Source: Mesotaenium endlicherianum (lineage: Eukaryota). Taken from it: DNA of 53,837 nucleotides. The stretch covers positions 120,564 through 174,400 of the forward strand of contig WELA01002296.1 in assembly GCA_009602735.1 (NCBI GenBank). Reading direction: 5' to 3'. A program made the translations under genes and the position numbers. The first letter of the stretch is position 1; each line of letters starts with the position of its first letter. Below the pieces are notes generated by a model. The model did not search any database, was not told the DNA's origin, and saw only the letters and a program-made list of their open reading frames with translations. Positions 35,801 through 46,566 of the stretch are shown one piece after another.

Positions 35801-36652
35801 AAACAGCTGCTCAGCACAGCAAACCACCCTCAGACTGATGGGCAGACTGAAAGAACTAACCGAGTTCTGCAGGAGGTGCTGAGAGCATATATTAACCAAA
35901 AACAAGATAATTGGGATGACCTGTTGCCTCAAATTCAGTTTGCGGTCAACAGTGCGGTGCACGCGTCAACGGGCAAAACTCCTTTTGAACTCAGCCTGGG
36001 TAGAGTCCCTAAGTCTCCTCTAGATGTGCTAGGGGAATCTTTAACTCACCCTGAAGGGATTGACAACCCGGTCTCCCTCCAGTTAACTCAGGAGTTTGCT
36101 GACACCCTGTCAGAAGTCCAACGAAACTTGCACACGGCCCAAGAAAACCAACAAAAATACGCTAATCAACACCGTCGGGAACTGACATTTTCCAAGGGGG
36201 ATTTAGTCAAACTGCATTCTCAGCACCTGTACCTCCCTGGTGTGGTCAAGAAAAAGCTTGGCCCTGTCTGGGTCGGTCCATATTCGGTGGTCCGTCGTGT
36301 CGGTCAGAATGCTTACAAACTGAACATGTCAGCTGAATACAAGGGGCACCCGGTCTTTAATGTCTCCTTCCTGGAACCGTACATCAAAGGTGATACACTG
36401 TTCACAGGTCGGTTCCCTGTCCAACCGGGACCGGTCCCCGCTGTCCGGGACGGCGACCCTGAGGAATATGAGGTCGATGAGATTTTAGACGCTCGCTCGG
36501 TCCGTCGATCGTCTAAATATGTCATGAAATACCTCATTCGATGGAAGGGTTACGATGCCTCTGGGGACACTTGGGAGTTTAAGGACCACTTGACCAATGC
36601 CAAAGGGGCGTTGACACGGTTCCACCTTCGGGCCGCTGGAGTCCCTCCATAA
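32869..36652 (+). pseudogene. pol: Pol polyprotein (protease, RT, RNase H, integrase, chromodomain), disabled
   Basis: Protease [23 protein letters not shown]...[11 protein letters not shown]...MPFGLTNAP...FLDDILIFS; RNase [11 protein letters not shown]...DKELLAI...TDH; integrase HDSLLGGH...CDQC, SMDW, SDRD, DGQTER, GPY; chromodomain YEVDEILD...YLIRWKGYDASGDTWE. Lesions: in-frame TAG at 33589-33591 and a frameshift near 34795-34805. Confidence 0.93.
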
Positions 36653-36919
36653 CTGTCATTTCAGTTGACACGGGAAGGTGACAGGCGGTCCTGTCTCCAT
36701 TTAAGTTGGAGGGGAAAATATATGACAGTTAGTGAGCGAGAGCGATAAAAACACACTCATACGTTTATGTGTAGCGCATCGCAACTACGTCAACTTTTAG
36801 CAATCATCCTGTAAGGTAAACAGCAGCGAAGCCACTATACTAAATACTAACATACTTCCTGCAATCCCTATGACAAAGGTCCATATCCTACTAACTTGTG
36901 CCCTGGTTACATGTGCAGG

Positions 36920-38596
36920 ATGGCGCCCACCACACAAAAGGAGGACAGAAAGCGCAAGGCAGAAGAAGCCAGGAGGACAATGGAGCAATACCAGAAGGAG
37001 CTGGCGGCGACGTCCCTCACCAGGAGAGAACAAGAAAGGGTCCGCAAACAACAAGAGGCGGCAGAAGAGGCACAGAGGAAGAAGGATCAGGAAGCGGAAA
37101 ACCTCAGGAAGGCTGAGGAGGAGAGACAGAAGAAACAGCAAGAAGAAGCGGCAGCGGCAGAAGAGGAGAAAAGAAAAAAGATTGAAGCGGACAGACAGAA
37201 GAGCTTGGCCACTTACAGGTATACTGTGGTGGGTGGCCAAAACTTCGATAACCTGAAGGAAGCATTGCTGGCAGCCCAGGAGATCAACAGGCTGGAACAG
37301 ACAACACTGCTACAGAAGGAAGGAGCTACAGCACTGGACAGGTACATCGAGACACACACCGGCGTGGTCCTTTACGAAGATTATGCTAAGATGGTGGGCT
37401 ATACAGCAGAGCAGGCCCGGTATCTCGCAGATGATTCAGAGGACAAGCCGGTCCCCATACCGGGAATAGTGGGAGATCAGAGACTCATCCGGATGGTGAG
37501 CATGCGGCCCGATAGCTTTAAGGATACGGTATTCTACCTCACACTCCTGCCAGCTTACAATGAAGTTGAGAGAAGGAGCTGGGAGTACTTGGCCAGGGAA
37601 GCAGGACAGCAGATGTTCTCTCCCCACTGGTTCCCGTGTAAACTGAGGAAGGCTGAGCACGGACCCCAGTACTACCAGCAGCCAACAGACTGGAGGTGGA
37701 TGACCGTCACAAATAAGAAGCAGGAGTGTGACCGAGCCCAACCGGATGACTTCCACTATGGCCTAGACGGCTATCTCATCCTACCACCTCACATTGCCCC
37801 TTGGGACCCCAGGCTGAATGGATGCCTGAGCAATATGAATGCAGAGACCAAGGAACATAGGAGGAGGGGAAGAGACTACTTCTCTAAGGGAAAGCATGCC
37901 TTTGTCAAATGGGCAAAGAATACAGGCCGGATAGATATCAGCAGGCTGAAGGCCAAGCAACCTCCAGCGCGCCCTAAGAAAAGGAGGTCGGTAGACTACT
38001 CCATGTCTACTAGGGAGCAGGACGACTTAGTGGACGAGACCCCTACTCTCTCCGAGGAGGAGGATGAGGAGGATGAGGAAGAAGAACAAGGCAAAGGAGA
38101 CGCATCAGCAGCAGGTAATCAGGATACCCAGGGGCAGGCAGGGGCGCTCCCTAAAGAACCACGATCAGGTATTTGGAATGTGATCCCCGTTATGGCGACA
38201 ACTGGACCCCGCGCTCGCTCCCCCAGCCCACCTGCCCAAGCAGGGGAAGAAGCTGATCTGACTGTACTGGGCAGCAGACACAGGCAGAAATCCCCAGAGG
38301 ACAGGGGTGCCAGAAGAGGGACACGCGGGTGGGCCAGAGGTATGCCAGCCTCCCCCTCCGCTCAGGGGCATGTACCTCTAGCCAATGTATTTCAGCATCC
38401 TACTGGAATGCCTGTCTATGTGGGCATCAACACCCAAGTGGTTGAAGAGCAGGCTACCATCCTTCGTTCTCCTCGAGGTCCAACTTTAGAGCAAACCGGG
38501 TTCTTTAGAAGGCCAGCTGACAGACCTAGAGGGCTGTCCAGATCTAGGTCCAGATCTCCGTCCCCTGATCCTGAAGCCCCAGGAACCACCCCTTAA
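36920..38596 (+). CDS. Extra sense-strand ORF of the retrotransposon (558 aa from ATG 36920), unknown function
   Basis: Long open frame between pol and the PPT. N-terminal E/K/R coiled coil, central aromatic-rich globular region, acidic and RS/P-rich tail. Preceded by TACTAAC (36889-36895) and TGCAG (AG at 36917-36918). Confidence 0.82.
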   Translation: MAPTTQKEDRKRKAEEARRTMEQYQKELAATSLTRREQERVRKQQEAAEEAQRKKDQEAENLRKAEEERQKKQQEEAAAAEEEKRKKIEADRQKSLATYRYTVVGGQNFDNLKEALLAAQEINRLEQTTLLQKEGATALDRYIETHTGVVLYEDYAKMVGYTAEQARYLADDSEDKPVPIPGIVGDQRLIRMVSMRPDSFKDTVFYLTLLPAYNEVERRSWEYLAREAGQQMFSPHWFPCKLRKAEHGPQYYQQPTDWRWMTVTNKKQECDRAQPDDFHYGLDGYLILPPHIAPWDPRLNGCLSNMNAETKEHRRRGRDYFSKGKHAFVKWAKNTGRIDISRLKAKQPPARPKKRRSVDYSMSTREQDDLVDETPTLSEEEDEEDEEEEQGKGDASAAGNQDTQGQAGALPKEPRSGIWNVIPVMATTGPRARSPSPPAQAGEEADLTVLGSRHRQKSPEDRGARRGTRGWARGMPASPSAQGHVPLANVFQHPTGMPVYVGINTQVVEEQATILRSPRGPTLEQTGFFRRPADRPRGLSRSRSRSPSPDPEAPGTTP

Positions 38597-38691
38597 GGTG
38601 ACAGGCTGAAAAGATAGTCAGTAAGGGAGGCTGGTCAGGGTCAGTTTCTTTATTTAAAGCTTTTGCAGTTTAATGTTGTCGAGGCGACAAC

Positions 38692-38709
38692 AAGTTAAGT
38701 TGGAGGGAT
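38692..38709 (+). promoter_or_regulatory. Polypurine tract
   Basis: AAGTTAAGTTGGAGGGAT immediately before the TG of the 3' LTR. Confidence 0.75.
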
Positions 38710-39455
38710 TGTAATGAATCAGTATATTAGTAGATATAATATTCATTTAAATATAATAGTTAATTTAGTTCAGCCTGCTGAACTTTAGTTAGTAGTCAGT
38801 CTGCTGAACTTTAGTTAATAATCAGTCTGCTGGACTTTACATAATTATCAGTTTAATGACTCGGCCAAAAGCAGCAGGCTGAAGTCAACTTAAGTCAGCT
38901 TGCTGACACATTCTTTGACAGCCAGCTGACTTCCGTACTCGGTAGCAGCGAACTGCCTCGATATGCATCTAAGTGTGATATGCTAGATGAATGGCCAGAT
39001 GACATCCCTATGATGGATGGCTATTCGGGATGATGGGAGATGGCGGTGGATTTGGTTAACCGAGGTCCTACCAACGTGGTTAACTCCCGGGTAGGCGGTG
39101 CCATCGCACTGACCGTTGAACAGTAAACTCATTCCATGTACATATGCTAGGCATTGCTCTCGAGTTCGGCATTCGGAAACGAGGCCAACTCTCCTGTACA
39201 GCTTACTGAGAGAGATCTGAATCCAAGGCGAGAAGCCATTGATACGCACTGTCTTCTAACCTTGCTTATGTATGAGTTTACTGATTTGCATTATTGATGC
39301 TATTTTACTCGCATTTGACTTACGAGTATTATTCACTGCTAGTGTATTGTCCTTTGCCGTTTAACCAGTTAACGGAAATCGCCATAAAGATTACTTGTTG
39401 ATATAAAGATCTTTATTAATTGTTAATCGCTTATTTGGTAAGTCGATTCAGTTCA
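38710..39455 (+). repeat. 3' LTR (746 bp)
   Basis: Homologous to the 5' LTR, with an extra 26-bp tandem unit and a 1-bp indel; followed by TSD AACGC. Confidence 0.95.
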
Positions 39456-42400
39456 AACGCGTTCTTAACTTCCACAAATTCGTCGAGAGCGAATACGAAC
39501 GGTGTCGAAATGGTACCTCCAGCGCCAAATTTAAGTGTTCGTAATTTCACCCGCGCGTGGTGCATGCGGCGTATGCATATGCGACTCTTGGCTGCAAGCA
39601 GCGTTGTATTTAAATACATTATCCATACTGGATTGCACTAATGGTATTGGCTCATTCTAATGATTGTTGAGTTTTGCTTAAGTATGATATTGAGTCATCT
39701 CAAGTAATGCCGATTTATTAGGCCCAGCAGAGCATGAGTAGCTGCTGGCTCTAATCTTGCTAATATGCTGGATGAGGCACTTAGAGATTTTGCGGGCCAA
39801 GTTCAGCTATGCAGTTTTTTTTGGAAGATGTTGAAGTTTTACAAATAATAAATAAAATTATGTGCAAACTGGAGTACAGTGTGACGATTTTGGGTTTTCT
39901 TAGGATTGATTTCAGACGCTTAATAATTGACTACACACACTTAAAGGTCAACTTTGGATGTCATGTCTACGAGCTAATAACTCTTGACAAGGTGGCGGCC
40001 AAGTCGAACCATCTCCATCAACCTTCATATGCATGATTTTGAACCATCTCGAACATGTCGGACGACCAAATGGACGCATTGGATTGTCGTCCGACCGTAA
40101 AAGCTAGCGCGCATGCTCGAGACCCTCACTAATTTTGCCCTAACAAACTTTATGTGAGGGGGGCGTTACGACCTCGAATAGGAGCCTCATACAAAGACTC
40201 AAATGATGTTTCTCTTTGTAAGTGGAAACGCAAAATTTGTTCTCATGAAGCGGCCACAAACGATCATAAAAAAAAATAGCATGTTGACGGTAGCCGCTAC
40301 CGTTGACGTTCAGACAGATCCTCTCATACGTTATGGCTCCTAAGGACGTACCAGCCCAACAATAACCAAGCATCCAGCCATGGCGGCCAAAATCGAGCCC
40401 AGCCATATCCACCAACCCTCCCTTTTCCTTTCACTTTCAGTACTGATGAAAAGACCCCCTGCGTCAATCCACACATGTCCTCGCCATAGCCATGGGCGCT
40501 AACAAAGCGCACTTTCTCTCAATCACAACTATTCACAATTTTGACGTGAAGAGAGAAAAATTATGCATTTGCCTCATCTTTATGAGGTGCTTGAAGCTCT
40601 GCTTGCCCATTCAGGCAAAGGCCCCAATTGAGCTCCATCGAATTAAAATCGATCCGACGTGCCCATAATTTGGCGTAGAGTATGGCATCAAGTAAGCACC
40701 GACAAACACGAGCGGCTCTTACTGAGATTCCCCTTACAAGTTTTACATGAGGGGGCCCTTGATGATGCCAACAAAAAGGAGCACGAACTGCAATCTGTAG
40801 TAATTTGTGAAACTATTAAAGAGTGTGCTAACTCTCTAGATTCTTTGAACAATCATGTTACGTAAAGCGAGGCCAATTGGCCACATAGCACTATCAGATG
40901 GAGTTTACAAATGAGCCTTTTGGGCCTTGTCATTTCATCAAGCTCAAGCAACATGAGAGTATTTACCATGCCTCAATTCAATCTTACTCGACATGGACAA
41001 GACACAATATACCCGCCTATTTTCGCTTCAAAATGTCGACCAAGACGCGAAATGGTTCTTCAAATTGTTGGTCGAGTCGCGTATTGTACGAAATTTGTTG
41101 ATCGTAATATTCTTCAATATATGATATCGTGACTATAAACTTTAGTACTAAATTAATTCTTGTCTAGGCTCCCACATTATGTGAATTATCCCCAATCTCC
41201 CAAATGTGAACCTTCATATTTATTTACATAGCGTAGATAAACCCCAATCTTCAAAATTGAAATTCACAGTTTTTGAATTTTCAACTTCTTACACATGGTA
41301 AGCTTGCGTTTTAGTTTGTGTGTGTGGAGGCTACAAGTTGTCGTACAAGGTGAGCGATATTTGTGCTGAGACTTATGTGGGATATTGTTTCAAAGGTAAA
41401 GAGATTGCTTGTGCATAAATTAGAATACACAATTTTTGAAGTAACTTAAGAGTTTGTAGGTCGACAATCCGTTGTTATAAAATTTTCAATAAGGTACAAT
41501 GCAAGTATATTTGACATAGCTCAAGTCGCTTCAAACCTACACGAATAATCTCGGGGACACCTCAAGCTCGTCAGATTGGGCGGATTTGGAATTATTATTA
41601 AATCGTGACAACTTGAAAAGTTGTGTCTTGAGATTTCAACGTGATAAAATTCTCAAATATGTGTTTGTTCATCATGGGCCATTGAGATGCGCAAACTGTG
41701 CGTTTTCTTGAGTCGCACACAGTTGCACATGATTAACATTTAGCCGCGCTTTTTATAATGACATTTTGATACATGAAATATATTGAACAAAGTTTTCGAT
41801 GGAGAAACATTGTGTTATATTACAAGTTTGTCATTGATGCAATTGTCACGTATCGAAACGAAACATAAATAAGTCATCATTGCACCACATTGCATGGTAG
41901 CAAAGTAGCGTGCAGAACCCACCCACCCTTTGAGGTCGGGTTAAGCACAAGTTCTAGTCTTTACTGTAATGCTTTGGCCCGTGGGAGAGGGAGGGAAAGG
42001 GGAAAAGTGTGCGACGAGCTTACCAATCAATGCAAGTTTTAAGGTGTGGTAGGGTATGTAGGATAATAAATAGGTAGGTAAATACTGAGGTTTTGGTTAA
42101 ATATTATGTACGTAATTTTACATTTTGCATATTACTGCGAACCTATCAAGAGTCAATTATCAACCAATGAAGAAGTCAAATATCAACCAGAGAAGCATAT
42201 TTCAGGACAATTCTCTGATGTGTATAGTATGAATGCTTGCATAAATAGCTAATAAGTGGCTTGAGCCGTTTGAAACGCTTTAAGACGATGTGTGCCTCAT
42301 ATATGTGTTCAAACTTGCCCCTTTCATGTACGAATGCTGTCATTTTGCATCATATTTGCCGAAAAAAAGTTATGGAGTAGAATTTGGACGAGATGGTGCT

Positions 42401-45400
42401 CCTTATCACTGATAATTTCAAAATAAAGAGTATGCAAGTCCCACCGTCCACGTTACGTGATTTTCATAGCGTTCAACTCAGTTGATCTCAGGCCAGGTGC
42501 TCCTCGCCGATTGCTCAAGATTGTTTCTCCTGGTCTGCGCTCAAAATACTGAGCTGGACTGAGTTGAGACCCTGGGGTTCCTTAAAGGGCGGTGATAATA
42601 ATGTCGAGTCTGCCACTGGACTTGTCTGGACTCTGGAATCTGAATTCTGGAATCTGGAGTTCTGGAGTTCTGGACTGGTCACTGCACCCCATGCGTTTTT
42701 TTTGCAGCTTGCAGCCCGCCCGTTGCTTCGATCCTTGCAAGTCTGGATTTCAGGCAGTTTCAGGCGTCCGCTTATATATTGTTTGTTTGGATGGAGAAGT
42801 GATGCATAAATTTTTGACAATCTTATCATATGGAACAGGGAGGTGTCTATTAGAGCTATATATTTGTGAAAGTGGAAGCAGCAATAAAAGCTCCAACAAC
42901 AATGTGGGCTTGCGTCGCCGGAACTTGGAACTTTGGAAGTTGCTGCGCCAGAAAAATCTGGACCGGAGTGAGGTGGATAACTGAAAAGTGGGGTGGACTA
43001 GGCAGGTGTACCGTGTACCTGCTCAGAGGTGCTTTGTTACGATCGCACATATCTTGATATATGCGTATGCTTCATTTCGTACCGCTTCAATATATCAAAA
43101 TTTGTCAGCCTACAAGTACATCTGAGCACAAGGCACAGGTGGTAACTGTCCCCCCCTGTTTGCTGTTGCCAATCGGAGCTACAGTAGTGTTGGACAGGTT
43201 TTGACTTCTTCTGAAAGCGGGGCCGGATTGCATCACCCAGCATCACCCGTGGGCCGTGGGCCGTGAGCCGGACTCGTGAGCCGTGAGTCGTGACTCGTCA
43301 CCCTATCCCCAGCCTACCCGAGCGCGAAGCAACACCCCAGCTCTTGGGACTTGCTTTTAGGTCATTGCAAGTTGCACTCCCTTCGCACAACTTTGTACTG
43401 TGCTTTATTAATTGCTCCATAACGCACAGCTAATACGCAAAAAGCACCGCGGCGTCCGCGTCCTTTTAAAACGGTCTCTCAGCTGACAAATCGGGAAATT
43501 GGTTCAAGTTAGTTCAGTTCAAGTTCAGTTCAGTTCAGTGATGTGCTTCGTCCCCATCCAACTCCACCTTTGACAGATGTTCCTAACATGTATGAGTTCC
43601 AGACAGAAGAAAGTAGGAGGGGCTCTAGGTGTATGCACAGTTCCGCTACATATGGTATTTCTGGTATTGGGTTTTTATATATAACATTTTGTAGCAAATA
43701 ATCACTTATAACGCCCCTAATGAAGTAGTTGGGGTCATACTGTTCATGTTTTCCGCCACCTCTGTGTCCTTCCATCAACTACTTTGACCTCTTGCACGCA
43801 AGCGGAAACGGGGTTGGTCTTCTTTGCGTTTGCAGTAGCTGCATTCGCAATGTAGGCTTATCCACGAAGCTATGATCCCTTGCATGGCACCTTCAGTGCA
43901 TAAAACCTCTGGGATGGACAGTCGCACTGGACAGCTGAGCAACGGCCACGGAGGTTACGATGGAGGCGACGAAGTGGAGGTTTGTCGCTCAGGCTCGCTA
44001 ACTGTCAGCTCCATTACGTTTTCCAGACTGTTGTAAAAAAATGTTGAAACCGGCTTCATTGCTGGCTCTTCCGGTGGAGGTAGTAGAGGAGCAGAGGCCA
44101 TGCTGCCGTTTGAGTTGAGGAGCAAAAGCGTTCTTTCTTGTAAAGTTTTCTTTGACCCTAGAAGGAATGTGGCGGATTTTTTTAGAAACGAATGCTTCAC
44201 CAAAAGCCGTCCGCAACAACGCCTACATTTTTCCTCCACCGACATCCAGCTTTTATGTGCGACAGTGGGAGAGCCTGTGTGCATTGGAGAAATACATTCT
44301 CTATCGCTTTGACTCTTAAGCATATTCTGGCGGCCTTCAAAAAACCCCCCCCCTCCCCCCCTTCCCCCCCTCAGAGCATGTTAGCGGGTGTGCGGAGGAA
44401 AGATTGCTGGGGGGGGGGAAGCGGAGAGAGCGTTCCTTGCATTGAAGTACTTACGAGTGCAAGTGTATTTTTCCAACCACCAGATTCTCACATTGCAAAT
44501 ACAAACAGCACATTGGATGTGGAGGCTGCTCCAGAGACAGACAGATGCTGAGGGGCAAGCTTTCTGAGGGAGGCCCCCCGGGGGAAAGGGGGGGGGGAGG
44601 AGAGAGGNNNNNNNNNNNNNNNNNNNNNNNNNNNNNNNNNNNNNNNNNNNNNNNNNNNNNNNNNNNNNNNNNNNNNNNNNNNNNNNNNNNNNNNNNNNNN
44701 NNNNNNNNNNNNNNNNNNNNNNNNNNNNNNNNNNNNNNNNNNNNNNNNNNNNNNNNNNNNNNNNNNNNNNNNNNNNNNNNNNNNNNNNNNNNNNNNNNNN
44801 NNNNNNNNNNNNNNNNNNNNNNNNNNNNNNNNNNNNNNNNNNNNNNNNNNNNNNNNNNNNNNNNNNNNNNNNNNNNNNNNNNNNNNNNNNNNNNNNNNNN
44901 NNNNNNNNNNNNNNNNNNNNNNNNNNNNNNNNNNNNNNNNNNNNNNNNNNNNNNNNNNNNNNNNNNNNNNNNNNNNNNNNNNNNNNNNNNNNNNNNNNNN
45001 NNNNNNNNNNNNNNNNNNNNNNNNNNNNNNNNNNNNNNNNNNNNNNNNNNNNNNNNNNNNNNNNNNNNNNNNNNNNNNNNNNNNNNNNNNNNNNNNNNNN
45101 NNNNNNNNNNNNNNNNNNNNNNNNNNNNNNNNNNNNNNNNNNNNNNNNNNNNNNNNNNNNNNNNNNNNNNNNNNNNNNNNNNNNNNNNNNNNNNNNNNNN
45201 NNNNNNNNNNNNNNNNNNNNNNNNNNNNNNNNNNNNNNNNNNNNNNNNNNNNNNCTCCCCCCTTTCTTCTTGTCTCAGAGGCTCCTCTTAAACCCCGCAT
45301 ACTCTACGGAAATCAAGCGGCTCAGGGTTTGCGATGAAGCCATGTGATACCCCAAGGGACATCTTTTCACCTGGGCTCGTGCCATTGGTCACCTTTCGTC

Positions 45401-45801
45401 CGTGGGCGGCATAGCACGCCTCTGACCTACCTCCCGCCGGCAGAGCCCTGACCTCTGCTGGCAGGCACCTGGCCCCCTGCTGGCAGGCACCTGACCCTCA
45501 GCTGGCGGATTCTGACACCTGCTGGCAGGCCCCTGACCTGACGCCATGCTGGTAGAGCTCCAACAAAGTTTTTTTTTGCTATGGAGGACTGTGGAAGCTT
45601 CCAACGACTCAGACGCCGGTGGCGCACGCCCCACCTGCTATCTTCCCGTCACACGCCTTATATCCTCCCATTGCCCGTCTTACTTCCCTTTGTCGATCTT
45701 CCCAGCGTTCATCTTCCCGCCGTCCATGCGATGACACCCGCGACGTAACGCAGCTGACAGGTGTGAGACGCGCGCGCGTGATGTGTGCGCAGCTGACGGA
45801 C

Positions 45802-46504
45802 ATGATCCTGCGGGACCACGGCGACGCGGAGGGGTGGCCCCTCCTGGACAGGGAGATGGGGGGAGGCATGATGGACGAGCAGCACAGCAGCAGCAGCAGC
45901 ACCGCGGGCGGGGGCGGGGGCGGGGGCGGGGGCAAGAAGCCCAAGTCCCCCAGGAGGCCGGCGGGGGGGGAGGCGGGCGAGAAGGGGGCGGGGGAGGAGG
46001 AGGATCGGCAGAGGAGGGCCGTGGATTGCAAGGATCCGAGCGCCAAGACGGAGTGGCGGGGGACCTCCAAGGAGTGGAAGCGGTACATCAGAAGGAGCCT
46101 GTACGAGGTCTTCCTGGGGACGAGGCTCAACCTGCTCCTCGTCTTCATCCCGGTGTCCTCCGTGGCAGTCCAGCTCGGCTTCAGCCAAGTAAGCCGCGCA
46201 CGCGCCGCCCGCCTGGGGCCTCCTGCGAGACAAGCAGGCCTTTTTCCTCCCCCCTCAGTTCCCCTCTCTCTCTGTCTTTCTGTTCCGCTGGTTCCGCTGG
46301 AGAGAGCTGAGCTGATGTCAGCTGATGTCAGCTGGTGCCAGCTGGTGCCAAAGGAGCAGAGAAGATAGGAGAGTTTGAGTGGGGGAGGAGGAGAGGGGAC
46401 GGCGGCTTCAAGCTCTCTTTTTCTTCATGTGCCGGGCTGCTGCTGCTGCTGCTGCTGTTGTTCCGCCCTGAAAGCACACACGCACACACACACACACACA
46501 CTCA

Positions 46505-46566
<62 letters not shown>

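Larger units (their letters stand above)
30637..39455 (+). mobile_element. Full-length Ty3/gypsy LTR retrotransposon (chromovirus) with an extra 3' ORF
   Basis: Two LTRs with TG...CA ends; 5-bp TSD AACGC at 30632-30636 and 39456-39460; PBS; PPT; domain order gag, PR, RT, RNase H, IN, chromodomain. Confidence 0.97.

Noticed and set aside
36920..38596. Calling the extra retrotransposon ORF env
   Set aside because: No signal peptide and no hydrophobic transmembrane segment.
44488..45300. Long ORFs 44488..45300 and 44545..45291
   Set aside because: They are open only because they run through the N gap at 44608-45254.
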